In this document: one piece after another, positions 1 to 8,045 of the stretch
How the letters are laid out: every line of letters starts with the position of its first letter
Position numbering within the stretch: the first letter of the stretch is position 1
NCBI RefSeq assembly: GCF_012027325.1
Contig: NZ_SNUG01000002.1
Span: forward strand, 117,211 to 141,210
Source: Thermococcus sp. M39
Lineage (GTDB): Archaea; Methanobacteriota_B; Thermococci; Thermococcales; Thermococcaceae
Length of the DNA stretch: 24,000 nt
Direction of reading: 5' to 3'
Notes under the pieces: model-generated
Database searches by the model: none
Told to the model about the DNA's origin: nothing
The model's input: the letters and a program-made list of their open reading frames with translations, nothing else
Position numbers and translations under genes: made by a program

Positions 1-368
1 TTTTCATCTGAAGCAATTTTAACTAAGGGGGACTCAATTGCAACTAGAATCGTCTTTTTGTCTGACCGAGCCCACTTCAATGTAAGTTTGAGGAGAGTAT
101 TTGTGGAGCTGGGGCAGTAATAGCTATCTCCCAATCCCAGAACTGCTGTTTCTTTTTTGACACCATTCTCGTAAATGTCCAAAGCTGCCTCCGTCCAGTT
201 TGGGTCAACGTCAGTGAACTTGATTTCATATGCCCCAAAAACAACAGAATCCTTTAAGCCAAGCTCAATTAGACTTAGTCCTGCGTATTCTGGAACAGAA
301 ATGGATTTTACCACTGGAGCCGTCGATAAAAGCAAGAGTCCAATCAACATTAGGGCTATCCGCTTCAT
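1..368 (-). CDS. Secreted or membrane-anchored hypothetical protein, N-terminal part (gene runs off the left edge)
   Basis: Hand translation of the minus strand from ATG (368-366) gives MKRIALMLIGLLLLSTAPVVKSISVPEYAGLSLIELGLKDSVVFGAYEIKFTDVDPNWTEAALDIYENGVKKE..., open through position 1. A basic n-region followed by a hydrophobic core indicates a signal peptide. GGAGGAG SD at 376-382, 7 nt upstream. It is absent from the ORF track because there is no in-window stop. Confidence 0.6.
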   Translation of the reverse strand, partial: MKRIALMLIGLLLLSTAPVVKSISVPEYAGLSLIELGLKDSVVFGAYEIKFTDVDPNWTEAALDIYENGVKKETAVLGLGDSYYCPSSTNTLLKLTLKWARSDKKTILVAIESPLVKIASDE

Positions 369-436
369 GCTTCTTCTCCTCCGGGGATTATTAAATTAAA
401 CCTAAATTGAAAAAGGGTAAAAGTAGTATAAAGCTG

Positions 437-1753
437 TTATGGTGTCAATCTTTTCCTATCTCTTGGGAATAATATAACCTCTCTAATATTACCCAAGTTG
501 AGCATCTGCTTAATTAGTCTTTCAGCACCTAAGCCAAAGCCCCCGTGGGGAGGCATCCCATATCTGAAGGCTTTTAGATAGAACTCAAAGCTCTCAACGT
601 TCAGCCCTTTCTCTGCTATCTGCTGCTTGAGAACTTCATAGCGGTGCTCTCTCTGACCACCAGAGGTTATTTCAACGCCTCTGTACTCTAAATCAAAAGC
701 TCTTGAGATCTTGGGGTTGTCATCATATTTCATGATGTAGAACGGCTTAGCTTCACTTGGATACTGATAAATAAAGTACAAGTCCTCATCGTAGTTCTCC
801 TTGACATATTTGCCAAGAAGCTTCTCTCCCTCAGTGTCTATGTCCTCTCCCCAAGGAATTTCTTTGCCCAAGTCTCTAAGAATCTCAAGTGCCTCAGTGT
901 ATGTTATTCTTCTAAACGGCAGCTTTGGCTCTTCGAGTTCAAAGTTGAGAATTTTAAGTTCCTTCTCATTGTGCTCTCTTACATAGTTGATTGCATATGC
1001 CACTAAACGTTCTAGTATTTGCATGACCTCCTCTTCATTTTCAATGAAGGCAATCTCCGCGTCAATGCTCCATGCTTCATTTAGGTGTCTTGTCGTGTTG
1101 TGCTCCTCAGCCCTAAATATTGGGGCAATCTCAAAAACTCTATCCAAGCCTGAGGCCATCATTATCTGTTTGTAAAGCTGTGGAGATTGAGCCAAGAAAG
1201 CATCTCTCTCGAAATATTTCATTGGGAACAGCTCGGTTCCGCCTTCTGTGGCAGTGGCTATAATTTTTGGAGTGTGTATCTCTATGAAGCCCTCATTGTG
1301 GAAGAACTCTCTTACAGCTTTAAAGACATTTGAGCGGATTTTGAAGATTGCCATAACTTCTGGCTTTCTTAAGTCAATAAAGCGGTTGTCTAAGCGGGTG
1401 TCAAGCTCTGCTTTAACTTTTCCTGTTGGATCTAATGGAAGGGGCGTCTCAGCCTTTGAAAGAATTTCAAGCTTCTCTGGAATAATTTCAAATCCTAATT
1501 TAGCTTTTGGTGTGAAGTTCACTATTCCTTCTACAGCAATAACGTCTTCGCTATTTAGCTTTGGAATTAATTTGAAAATCTCTTCACTAACTTTCTTTTT
1601 AGGTGCTGTTACCTGTACGATGCCTTCTCTGTCTCTAATCCAAAGGAACTTGATTCCTCCAAGGTCTTTGACCTCGTAAACCCAACCCGCAACTTTAACT
1701 TTTTGTCCGTTAAGTTCTTCAGTTATTTGACTTGAATAGTGTGTTCTATACAT
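437..1753 (-). CDS. aspS: Aspartyl-tRNA synthetase (archaeal type, class IIb)
   Basis: Near-identical over the full length to my memory of Thermococcus AspRS ([24 protein letters not shown]..., [38 protein letters not shown]). The track start at 1759 is TTG. The ATG at 1753 has a GGAGG SD (1761-1765) 7 nt upstream and gives 438 aa, as in homologs. Confidence 0.95.
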   Translation of the reverse strand: MYRTHYSSQITEELNGQKVKVAGWVYEVKDLGGIKFLWIRDREGIVQVTAPKKKVSEEIFKLIPKLNSEDVIAVEGIVNFTPKAKLGFEIIPEKLEILSKAETPLPLDPTGKVKAELDTRLDNRFIDLRKPEVMAIFKIRSNVFKAVREFFHNEGFIEIHTPKIIATATEGGTELFPMKYFERDAFLAQSPQLYKQIMMASGLDRVFEIAPIFRAEEHNTTRHLNEAWSIDAEIAFIENEEEVMQILERLVAYAINYVREHNEKELKILNFELEEPKLPFRRITYTEALEILRDLGKEIPWGEDIDTEGEKLLGKYVKENYDEDLYFIYQYPSEAKPFYIMKYDDNPKISRAFDLEYRGVEITSGGQREHRYEVLKQQIAEKGLNVESFEFYLKAFRYGMPPHGGFGLGAERLIKQMLNLGNIREVILFPRDRKRLTP

Positions 1754-1779
1754 TCTCAAACCTCCAAAAAGAATAAAAT

Positions 1780-2292
1780 TCAGATGAAAGCAATTTTAGC
1801 TTCTTTTCCTGTGATTTGGGCCAAGATGTTTTCTAAAACTTCAGGCTTTTCAGGGAGCTTGTTCCTGTCCCTCTGGAGAACCAAGACCTTGTAATACTGC
1901 CCACCATTTGGCTTGTAGACTACGTTAACTCCGAATATGCTTGCTGGATAGAAGAGGTCAGTTGCAAGCTTCTTAACGTCGTCTGTTCCTTTGATCTCCC
2001 TACCCTCGATTACCCTAATCCTCTTCCCGAGTTCCCTCATGAGAAGCTTGATATTCTTTCCGCCCTTACCTATCGTAAGCGGAACATCGCCCTCGCCGAC
2101 CATAATAACGATTAGATCTCCAGCCTCAACAGCTTTCTTGAACTCTATGTCAGCATCGCCCAAGAGCTTATAGAGCAATCTTGCAATTTTAACGTCAAGC
2201 TCAGAAATAATCCCCTCTTGCAGCTTTTTTTCATCTGCCGGACAGAGAATGTCGTCAGTTTTCAAACAAACCTCACAGATTGGTGCTTTCAT
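1780..2292 (-). CDS. KH-domain RNA-binding protein (NusA-like), with N-terminal Cys cluster
   Basis: 170-aa ORF with a GKGGKNIK GXXG loop typical of KH domains and an N-terminal CEVC...C motif. GGAGGT SD at 2299-2304. The stop lies 20-26 nt upstream of the aspS start, so co-transcription is likely. Confidence 0.75.
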   Translation of the reverse strand: MKAPICEVCLKTDDILCPADEKKLQEGIISELDVKIARLLYKLLGDADIEFKKAVEAGDLIVIMVGEGDVPLTIGKGGKNIKLLMRELGKRIRVIEGREIKGTDDVKKLATDLFYPASIFGVNVVYKPNGGQYYKVLVLQRDRNKLPEKPEVLENILAQITGKEAKIAFI

Positions 2293-2539
2293 TTGCTCAC
2301 CTCCTATTTATATTGAAGAATGAACATAACAAGCTAACACTTTTTTGTGAGAGCTCTTTAAAAACCTTATCATAGCTGAACTGATGCCGTAGGGTAAGAA
2401 GTTCGTAATTTTCATGGAGTATCTGTAAATTCATACTAGCTCAAAGGCATTAGGTTTAAGCATAACTAATTCAACACTATCGCTAAACTTCGGAATATAG
2501 AAAGAGAGAAAGGGCCGTCAAAACTGATACATATGTCAA

Positions 2540-2548
2540 ATGCAAAAA
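2540..2548 (-). terminator. Oligo-T terminator after the HD gene (end of the six-gene string)
   Basis: The minus strand reads TAA TTTTT GCATTTGAC directly after the stop, followed by a 256-nt non-coding gap. Confidence 0.4.
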
Positions 2549-3163
2549 TTAAAGCTCTCCTTCAATCTCCTTCCTAATCCTTTTTGTGAACTCCTCGACA
2601 TATCTGTGTCTCTCAAGAGCCATTTCTTTGGCTGTTTTTGTGTACATCAAATCTTTAAGCTTTAGGATTTTTTCCTCGAAGTGCTTAAGAGAATCCTCTA
2701 TGCTTCTTCCATGCTCGCCAGAATACATAAAAACTCTCGCAATTCCTATTGCACCTATTGCATCAAGCTTGTCTGCATCGCTGAGGATTTTTGCCTCCAA
2801 TGTCTGTGGTTCTGGTGGTCTTGAAAAGCGATGAGCTTCAATCGCATGAGCCACTTGCTCCGCTTTTTCATAACCCAAGCCTTCAAGAAAGCGCTTCGCA
2901 ATTTTTGCTCCTTCCTTAGCATGGTCTTCAATTTTCCCTATGCTTTCAAGCGGTCTTGCAATGTCATGGAGGAGAGCAGCTAAAGCTAGAACCTCCAAAT
3001 CTGCACCCTCTTTCTCTCCAATGTGCATGCAAAGTGCAAGAACTCTTTCAGTGTGTGAGAATCCGTGTGTGCCTTCTCTTTCAAAAAAGCTTCTGGCAAA
3101 TTCTTCAGTCTTTTTGATTAGAGCTAAGCTTTTCTCATCTTTTATGAAGTCTTCGATTTTCAT
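2549..3163 (-). CDS. HD-domain metal-dependent phosphohydrolase
   Basis: H...HD signature (HGFSHTERV ... AALLHDIARP ... SDADKLD). The track start at 3172 is GTG. The ATG at 3163 is preceded by AGGTGAT (3168-3174). Confidence 0.85.
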   Translation of the reverse strand: MKIEDFIKDEKSLALIKKTEEFARSFFEREGTHGFSHTERVLALCMHIGEKEGADLEVLALAALLHDIARPLESIGKIEDHAKEGAKIAKRFLEGLGYEKAEQVAHAIEAHRFSRPPEPQTLEAKILSDADKLDAIGAIGIARVFMYSGEHGRSIEDSLKHFEEKILKLKDLMYTKTAKEMALERHRYVEEFTKRIRKEIEGEL

Positions 3164-3184
3164 CTTGATCACCTAGCTTTTTGA

Positions 3185-3991
3185 CTAAAGCTGATAATTC
3201 ACTGTTTCCTTTAAAAGCTCAACGATTTTTTCATGGATTTCAACACTTAGCCCGTCAACGCTTATAACAGGTTTCTTAATTATCCCGTCAATTAATCCAG
3301 CGGAAACTATTACTTCCAAGTTCTTTCGTTCATTCCAATCCTTCAGAAGGTTCTCTCCAATTTCAAGTGAAGCTTGAGCAACCAATCCGTAAGCTCCCCA
3401 ATTGGAGACTGCAGAAACTATGAGCTCATCGGTCTCAACCACAGTTGCAATCTTCTCTCCAAGAGGAATGTATTTTTCAATGAGATGTTTAATCTTTCCC
3501 ATACCTATTTCGTTGCCGCCATCACCAATCCCAATGGTCGGAATTCCCAATTCCTTAGCTTCCAAAAATACCTTATCAAAGGGTGGAACTTCTACTTCCA
3601 TACCACTCATGGAATAGTATTTTCCATCGCTTGCTCTTCCAACAGTCTCAACACTTATTAAGAGAGAATAATCTGAAGTAGCTGGTTTATCAACGAACGT
3701 AACATCAAAAGGTCTCAAGGCTTTTTTTACCTGCTCATGCGCCCAAATTTCCGCTTTTCCTCCAATTCTCTCAACAGCTTTGTAAATTGCTAAAGCTCCC
3801 AAAGGCCCGTCAGTTTCGCAGATATTCATGGGGGGGATTGGAAAGCTCGAGACTATCAAAACCTTCTCCGAATTGTCTAGGAGCAGTTTTGCAGCATTTT
3901 TCAAAAAATTGAAATTCTGAAGGCGGTATTTCAAATAGACTTTTAAAATCCCTCTGCCATAAATATCAGTATTTATTATGTGAGCTATCAT
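3185..3991 (-). CDS. DUF4392 / D-glutamate-cyclase-like domain protein
   Basis: 268-aa ORF. The motifs ETDGPLGA and GDGGNEIGMG match my memory of the DUF4392 (D-glutamate cyclase C-terminal-like) family. The ATG lies 3 nt after the stop of the upstream 59-aa ORF. Confidence 0.6.
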   Translation of the reverse strand: MIAHIINTDIYGRGILKVYLKYRLQNFNFLKNAAKLLLDNSEKVLIVSSFPIPPMNICETDGPLGALAIYKAVERIGGKAEIWAHEQVKKALRPFDVTFVDKPATSDYSLLISVETVGRASDGKYYSMSGMEVEVPPFDKVFLEAKELGIPTIGIGDGGNEIGMGKIKHLIEKYIPLGEKIATVVETDELIVSAVSNWGAYGLVAQASLEIGENLLKDWNERKNLEVIVSAGLIDGIIKKPVISVDGLSVEIHEKIVELLKETVNYQL

Positions 3992-3994
3992 TTT

Positions 3995-4174
3995 TCATTC
4001 CTCGATTTCGTATACTACAACCTTAACTCTCTTGCCCTTAAGAGCTTCTTTCAGCTCCCACCAAAGCTTTGTTAGAGCTTCTTGTGTATGAACCAACTTA
4101 TCTCCATTTTCAAGTTCAACTACCTTTTCTTTGTACTCAACAAAAACTCCCTCTTTGTTGAATATCTCTTTCAT
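3995..4174 (-). CDS. Small 59-aa hypothetical protein (not in ORF track; below 60 aa)
   Basis: Hand translation gives MKEIFNKEGVFVEYKEKVVELENGDKLVHTQEALTKLWWELKEALKGKRVKVVVYEIEE*. The ATG (4174-4172) overlaps the HAD stop TGA (4173-4171) as ATGA. A GGGGGGT SD lies upstream. Its stop is followed 3 nt later by the next ATG. K/E/V-rich composition is typical of genuine proteins in this genome. It exactly fills an otherwise empty 180-nt gap in an operon. Confidence 0.65.
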   Translation of the reverse strand: MKEIFNKEGVFVEYKEKVVELENGDKLVHTQEALTKLWWELKEALKGKRVKVVVYEIEE

Positions 4175-4815
4175 TCTAAACCCCCCAATATTTTTCTCAA
4201 TTCATAAAGTGTTCTAATTTCATAATCAGCAAAGTTGTAACCTTTGTCATTTCCTCTATTTATCCAAACAGCTGTCATTCCAACATTCTTTGCACCATAA
4301 ACATCTTGCTGCAGGCTGTCACCAATCATTATTGCCTCACTAGGCTCAACTTTAAGCTTTTCTAAAGCATAGAGAAATATTTTTGGATCAGGCTTTATTG
4401 TTTTTACGTCTTCTCTTGTAACAATTACATCAAAATAATTATCAAGCTTCGCTATTCTAAGCTTAAGCCTCTGGTATTCAGGGCCGCTTGTGATAACTCC
4501 AAGTTTGTATCCCTCTTCTTTCAGCCATTCTAAAGTCGGCTTCACATCTGGGAATACATGAATCTTATGTGGGTAAGCAGTTAAAAGTTCCTCATATCTC
4601 AGATCTAGGTTGAAAAGTCTGAAGAAAAAGTTCCAGTCATGCCACTCGTAGGTATCTCTTCGGCTCATGATCTCCTTAAGAAACCTAATCCTGGCATCTT
4701 CTTTTCTAATCCCAAGTTTTTTTGCAATTTCTTCATAGACCTGAGGAAGGAAAAGCATCATCAAGGGCCTTTCTGTCAGGAGTGTCTCATCTATGTCAAA
4801 CAGAATTGCCTCCAT
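4171..4815 (-). CDS. HAD-superfamily hydrolase (phosphatase)
   Basis: FDIDETL (DxDxT motif I), VITSG (motif II), K...MIGDSLQQDV (motifs III/IV). GAGGTGGT SD 4 nt upstream of the ATG. The start lies 20 nt inside the upstream gene. Confidence 0.88.
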   Translation of the reverse strand: MEAILFDIDETLLTERPLMMLFLPQVYEEIAKKLGIRKEDARIRFLKEIMSRRDTYEWHDWNFFFRLFNLDLRYEELLTAYPHKIHVFPDVKPTLEWLKEEGYKLGVITSGPEYQRLKLRIAKLDNYFDVIVTREDVKTIKPDPKIFLYALEKLKVEPSEAIMIGDSLQQDVYGAKNVGMTAVWINRGNDKGYNFADYEIRTLYELRKILGGLE

Positions 4816-5578
4816 TTGACCACCTCTTGATTAAAAGTGCTAATATTTCAATCTCATCCTCAAGCTCTTTGTTCATTCTGACTCCCCATATTATATCTTT
4901 TTCTCTAAGGAGATATTGGAACTTCCTTAAGATCTCATAGGCGCTTTTTAAAGGAACATTTTTACCCACCATTATGCTGATTAATCCTCTATCCCATATT
5001 CCCCAGTTCCATTCAAAGTCAACTTCTCTTAAAATGCGCAGTATTCCAATGTTCCCACCCTTAACCATATTAAACAAGTCAGCATAATCAATGTTAACAA
5101 GCATTTGGTTTTCGAGGTAATAGTAAAGCTTTGAAAACATGATGCCAATTTGCTTACTTGCTGCATTGAAGGCATCTTCCAAAGGTATTGAGGTGTAAGC
5201 ATCCAAAAACTCTGAGAGGGAGTCGTAGAAGACAGTTTCAAAATTACCAGCCCACTCTGGTTTTCTCTCATAGACAAGCTCTCTATATGGGGATAGCACA
5301 TAAGCTAAGCGAATCGCTTTCTTTGGGAGGTTATCATTGATAAGGTCTACAATTTCAATGTTAATCGGCTTATCCTCGAAGATAATCCAGACTATCGTGT
5401 CATCATTAAGATTACCAAAAAAATTCTTAATTTGCTTCACAAAGGAAGGTCTCTTTTTGTCAAAAAGATAATAAGAAGAGTCAAGGGGCACTTTAACAGC
5501 ATTAGGCACCTCAATGTTTTTCACAATCCTGATTCCACTGTTTCCAATCCCAACAAAAATATGAGTAAAGGAAATCAT
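4796..5578 (-). CDS. Divergent, truncated FtsZ/tubulin-superfamily protein lacking the GTP-binding T3/T4 loops
   Basis: 260 aa, alignable by eye with archaeal FtsZ: IFVGIGNSGIRIV (T1-like), VNIDYADLFNMVKGGNIG (T7 loop NxDxxD, FtsZ INVDFADVKAVMNNGGLA), and IIWGVRMNKELEDEIEILALLI (FtsZ IIWGATIDENLENTVRVLLVI). The GGGTGTG signature is replaced by EDKPINI. The ATG lies 8 nt after the hps-phi stop. Confidence 0.7.
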   Translation of the reverse strand: MISFTHIFVGIGNSGIRIVKNIEVPNAVKVPLDSSYYLFDKKRPSFVKQIKNFFGNLNDDTIVWIIFEDKPINIEIVDLINDNLPKKAIRLAYVLSPYRELVYERKPEWAGNFETVFYDSLSEFLDAYTSIPLEDAFNAASKQIGIMFSKLYYYLENQMLVNIDYADLFNMVKGGNIGILRILREVDFEWNWGIWDRGLISIMVGKNVPLKSAYEILRKFQYLLREKDIIWGVRMNKELEDEIEILALLIKRWSNGGNSV

Positions 5579-5586
5579 GGCGACCC

Positions 5587-6807
5587 CTATTCTAAGGTCG
5601 CATGCTTCTTCTTCATATCCTTTTCGGTCTTCTGGAATGTTGCCATCAGAAGTGCGATTATTCCATCTAAGAATACCATTGTTGAGTCCTCAAATAAAGT
5701 TCCCATTGGTGCTATCCACTTATACTGAGTTAGCATCTGCCTCGCTATGTAATCTGTTGGAACATCTGTCTTAGCCCTTCCTGGAATTTCAACTACAACA
5801 TCAGCCAGCTTGCCAAGTGTTGAGTTCTTATATGAGGTTATTGCAACAACCTTTCCACCTTGGTTTTTTGCAATCTCAGCAGCATCCACTATCGTCCTCG
5901 TCTCACCGCTTCCACTTATCGCTATCAGCAAATCACCCTCTTCAAATGCTGGAGTTATAGTCTCACCGACAACGTAGACATTGAAGTCAAGGTGCATTAA
6001 TCTCATAGCAAACGCTTTGCCAACCAATCCGCTCCTTCCAGCGCCGTAGATGAAAATCTTATTGGCTCCAATCATTGCATCAACCATTCCCCTGACTTCC
6101 TCAAGCCTAAGTGCATCGGCAACGTGATCAATATGTTCGGTTATGTCATGCATTGCCTTTCTTATTGTCTGCATGTATTCACCCCAGAAGAGGTCAATTA
6201 TCCTTCTTGTTACCTCTTCTGGATCCTCTGCCTTAGTTATTGCCCCCCCAACGATGATTATAGTCGCACCGAGCTCAATAACTTTGGGGATTGTTTCTAA
6301 GTTCAATCCTCCTGCAACTGCAACTGGAATTTTAACCGCTTTGACAACCTTTTCTAAATCTTCAAGCGGGCTTTTTCCTTGAGCCTGCTCATCTATCCCC
6401 GTGTGAACGAGGATATAATGAACTCCCATCTTCTCAAGCTCTTTTGCTCTCTTAACTTTGTCCTTAACACCTATCAAGTCCACCATAACTTTGATTCCAT
6501 ACTTTCTTGCCACCATGAGAGCATCTTTTATTGTCTTGTCATCAGCAACGCCAAGAATAGAGACAACGTCTGCTCCATGTCTCGCGGCCATCTCGACCTC
6601 TAAAGCTCCAGTGTCCATGGTCTTTAGGTCAGCGACTATCTTCCTATCTGGAAAGCGTCTCTTCATGAGCTCAACTGCTCTCATTCCCTCTTTTTTGATA
6701 AGAGGCGTTCCAACTTCAAGCCAATGAGCACCGCCACGAGCAGCTTTTTCCGCTATAGAAATGGCCTGTTCAATATCAGTTAAATCCAGAGCGACTTGTA
6801 AAATCAT
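5587..6807 (-). CDS. hps-phi: Bifunctional 3-hexulose-6-phosphate synthase / 6-phospho-3-hexuloisomerase (HPS-PHI fusion)
   Basis: N-terminal OMPDC-like HPS half (MILQVALDL..., VVSILG, HTGIDEQ) fused to a SIS-domain PHI half (IFIYGAGRSG, ISGSGET). This fusion is known in Thermococcales (TK0475/PH1938, 406 aa). The track start at 6861 is GTG. The ATG at 6807 with GGAGGAG SD (6814-6820) gives 406 aa. Confidence 0.93.
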   Translation of the reverse strand: MILQVALDLTDIEQAISIAEKAARGGAHWLEVGTPLIKKEGMRAVELMKRRFPDRKIVADLKTMDTGALEVEMAARHGADVVSILGVADDKTIKDALMVARKYGIKVMVDLIGVKDKVKRAKELEKMGVHYILVHTGIDEQAQGKSPLEDLEKVVKAVKIPVAVAGGLNLETIPKVIELGATIIIVGGAITKAEDPEEVTRRIIDLFWGEYMQTIRKAMHDITEHIDHVADALRLEEVRGMVDAMIGANKIFIYGAGRSGLVGKAFAMRLMHLDFNVYVVGETITPAFEEGDLLIAISGSGETRTIVDAAEIAKNQGGKVVAITSYKNSTLGKLADVVVEIPGRAKTDVPTDYIARQMLTQYKWIAPMGTLFEDSTMVFLDGIIALLMATFQKTEKDMKKKHATLE

Positions 6808-6955
6808 CTTGAACTCCTCCGAATATTTTTCTAAAGCTTTCACCTTAACATCAATATGCACACTTTTTAACTTTAACTCTCAAAATTTTTGACAAAAATT
6901 TGTAAACATAATGACATAATTATTTAATTGTCTCATTAAATATTGGTGGACTAAG

Positions 6956-6962
6956 TTTAAAA
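6956..6962 (+). promoter_or_regulatory. Putative TATA box (TTTAAAA) for the arginase-fold/UPF0148/wHTH operon
   Basis: Lies 33 nt upstream of the ATG at 6995, in the divergent region shared with hps-phi. Confidence 0.4.
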
Positions 6963-6994
6963 GGAGTTCGCTAGATTAAATTTTGGGAGCTGCA

Positions 6995-7723
6995 ATGGTT
7001 ACGTTCATTCCATTTGGAGAAAAGCCAAACAGAGAGGGAGTCATGTATGTTCTCAACCTTCTGCGAAAGAATAAGCTTATTGAGGAATACATGATTGTTG
7101 AGTCGAACACCATTGAGCTGCTTTCTGAAAGATTACCCGTTGACAGGGCATATATAATCGGAGAGCACCTTGCGACTTATGGTATAGTCCAAAAGCTCAA
7201 ACCGAGAGCAGTTATAAGCATAGATGCTCATACTGATTTAATGCACGATTATTTAGATCACGGCTCTTGGCTTGCATATGCTCTCGAAAAGAGAGTAATT
7301 GAAAAGGCCTCAGTTATTGGTCCTGTTTTGATGATACCCACTACAGAAGGCACTGAGCTGTGGACGAGAAGAGTTAAGATATTCCCCGCTTTACCCAGAA
7401 GCAAGAAAACAAGAGGTAAATGGAAAGCGTATAAAAGTCTGAAAAATCATCCAGTAGAGGAGATAATTAAGGATGCAAAGAAGTATCTCGGAGATGAAAT
7501 TTATCTCACCGTTGATTTAGATGTTCTGTTGCCTGAATATAAAATTGCTCGCTTTCAGCATGGCGAGCTCACATTAGAGGATCTCCTTCATATCATTGAA
7601 GAGATTAAAAAGAACTTTAAGATCATAGCATTTGACATAGCGGAGATTTCGGACAAGATAAAGCGCTCACGTCTAGGGAAGAAAGCATTAATTGATGTGT
7701 TCCAACTGCTGAGTGGTGAGTGA
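6995..7723 (+). CDS. Short arginase/ureohydrolase-fold protein (agmatinase-like paralog)
   Basis: Family motifs are present: IGEHLAT (for GGDHS), SIDAHTDL (DAHxD), LTVDLDVL (SxDxD), AFDIAEIS (DxxE). It is only 242 aa. The track start at 6983 is TTG, and I prefer the ATG at 6995. A TTTAAAA TATA box sits at 6956-6962. Confidence 0.7.
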   Translation: MVTFIPFGEKPNREGVMYVLNLLRKNKLIEEYMIVESNTIELLSERLPVDRAYIIGEHLATYGIVQKLKPRAVISIDAHTDLMHDYLDHGSWLAYALEKRVIEKASVIGPVLMIPTTEGTELWTRRVKIFPALPRSKKTRGKWKAYKSLKNHPVEEIIKDAKKYLGDEIYLTVDLDVLLPEYKIARFQHGELTLEDLLHIIEEIKKNFKIIAFDIAEISDKIKRSRLGKKALIDVFQLLSGE

Positions 7724-7724
7724 A

Positions 7725-8045
7725 ATGACATTAAGTGATGAGGAAATCAGAAAAATAATAACCCCACTCTTATTTTCTGGAGCAAAGATGCTCGATAAAC
7801 ACTGTCCTAAATGCGGTTCTCCCCTTTTTGAGCTCAATGGAAGGATTTTCTGTCCTGTGTGTGAGCATAGGGAAAAGCAAAGAAAAGCTGAGTTGAAGGG
7901 AATTGAGCAAATATTAATGGAAAAGCTGAAAATGCTTGCAAACAGCTTACCTGATGATGTTGAAGAGTTGGAGAAACACTTAAGAGTCATAGAAAAGATA
8001 ATTGAGATTTTGGAAAGATACAAAAAGCTGGAGGGAAGAGAATGA
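7725..8045 (+). CDS. UPF0148 / SSSCA1 (autoantigen p27)-family zinc-ribbon protein
   Basis: LSDEEI...GAKMLDKHCPKCGSPLFELNGRIFCPVCE followed by a coiled-coil tail is the archaeal UPF0148 pattern. GGTGAG SD at 7715-7720. The ATG lies 1 nt after the upstream stop. Confidence 0.8.
   Translation: MTLSDEEIRKIITPLLFSGAKMLDKHCPKCGSPLFELNGRIFCPVCEHREKQRKAELKGIEQILMEKLKMLANSLPDDVEELEKHLRVIEKIIEILERYKKLEGRE

Noticed and set aside
175-399. 74-aa plus-strand ORF at the left edge
   Set aside because: The opposite strand encodes an open frame with a start codon, a GGAGGAG SD and a convincing signal peptide. The plus-strand ORF has no SD and an atypical composition.
5029-5301. 90-aa alternative-frame ORF inside the FtsZ-like gene, and several 60-140 aa antisense ORFs inside aspS, rgy, pyk and tauE
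   Set aside because: They are nested in or antisense to genes with strong homology support, have biased S/L/F/C-rich composition and carry no translation signals.
5587-6861. Long form (424 aa) of hps-phi and similar GTG/TTG-extended starts (1759, 3172, 6983, 7713, 13036, 13965, 15718, 20595, 22485, 22937)
   Set aside because: In each case an in-frame ATG a few codons downstream has a well-spaced GGTGA/GGAGG SD and gives the length expected from homologs. The extended starts overlap the SD or the upstream stop.
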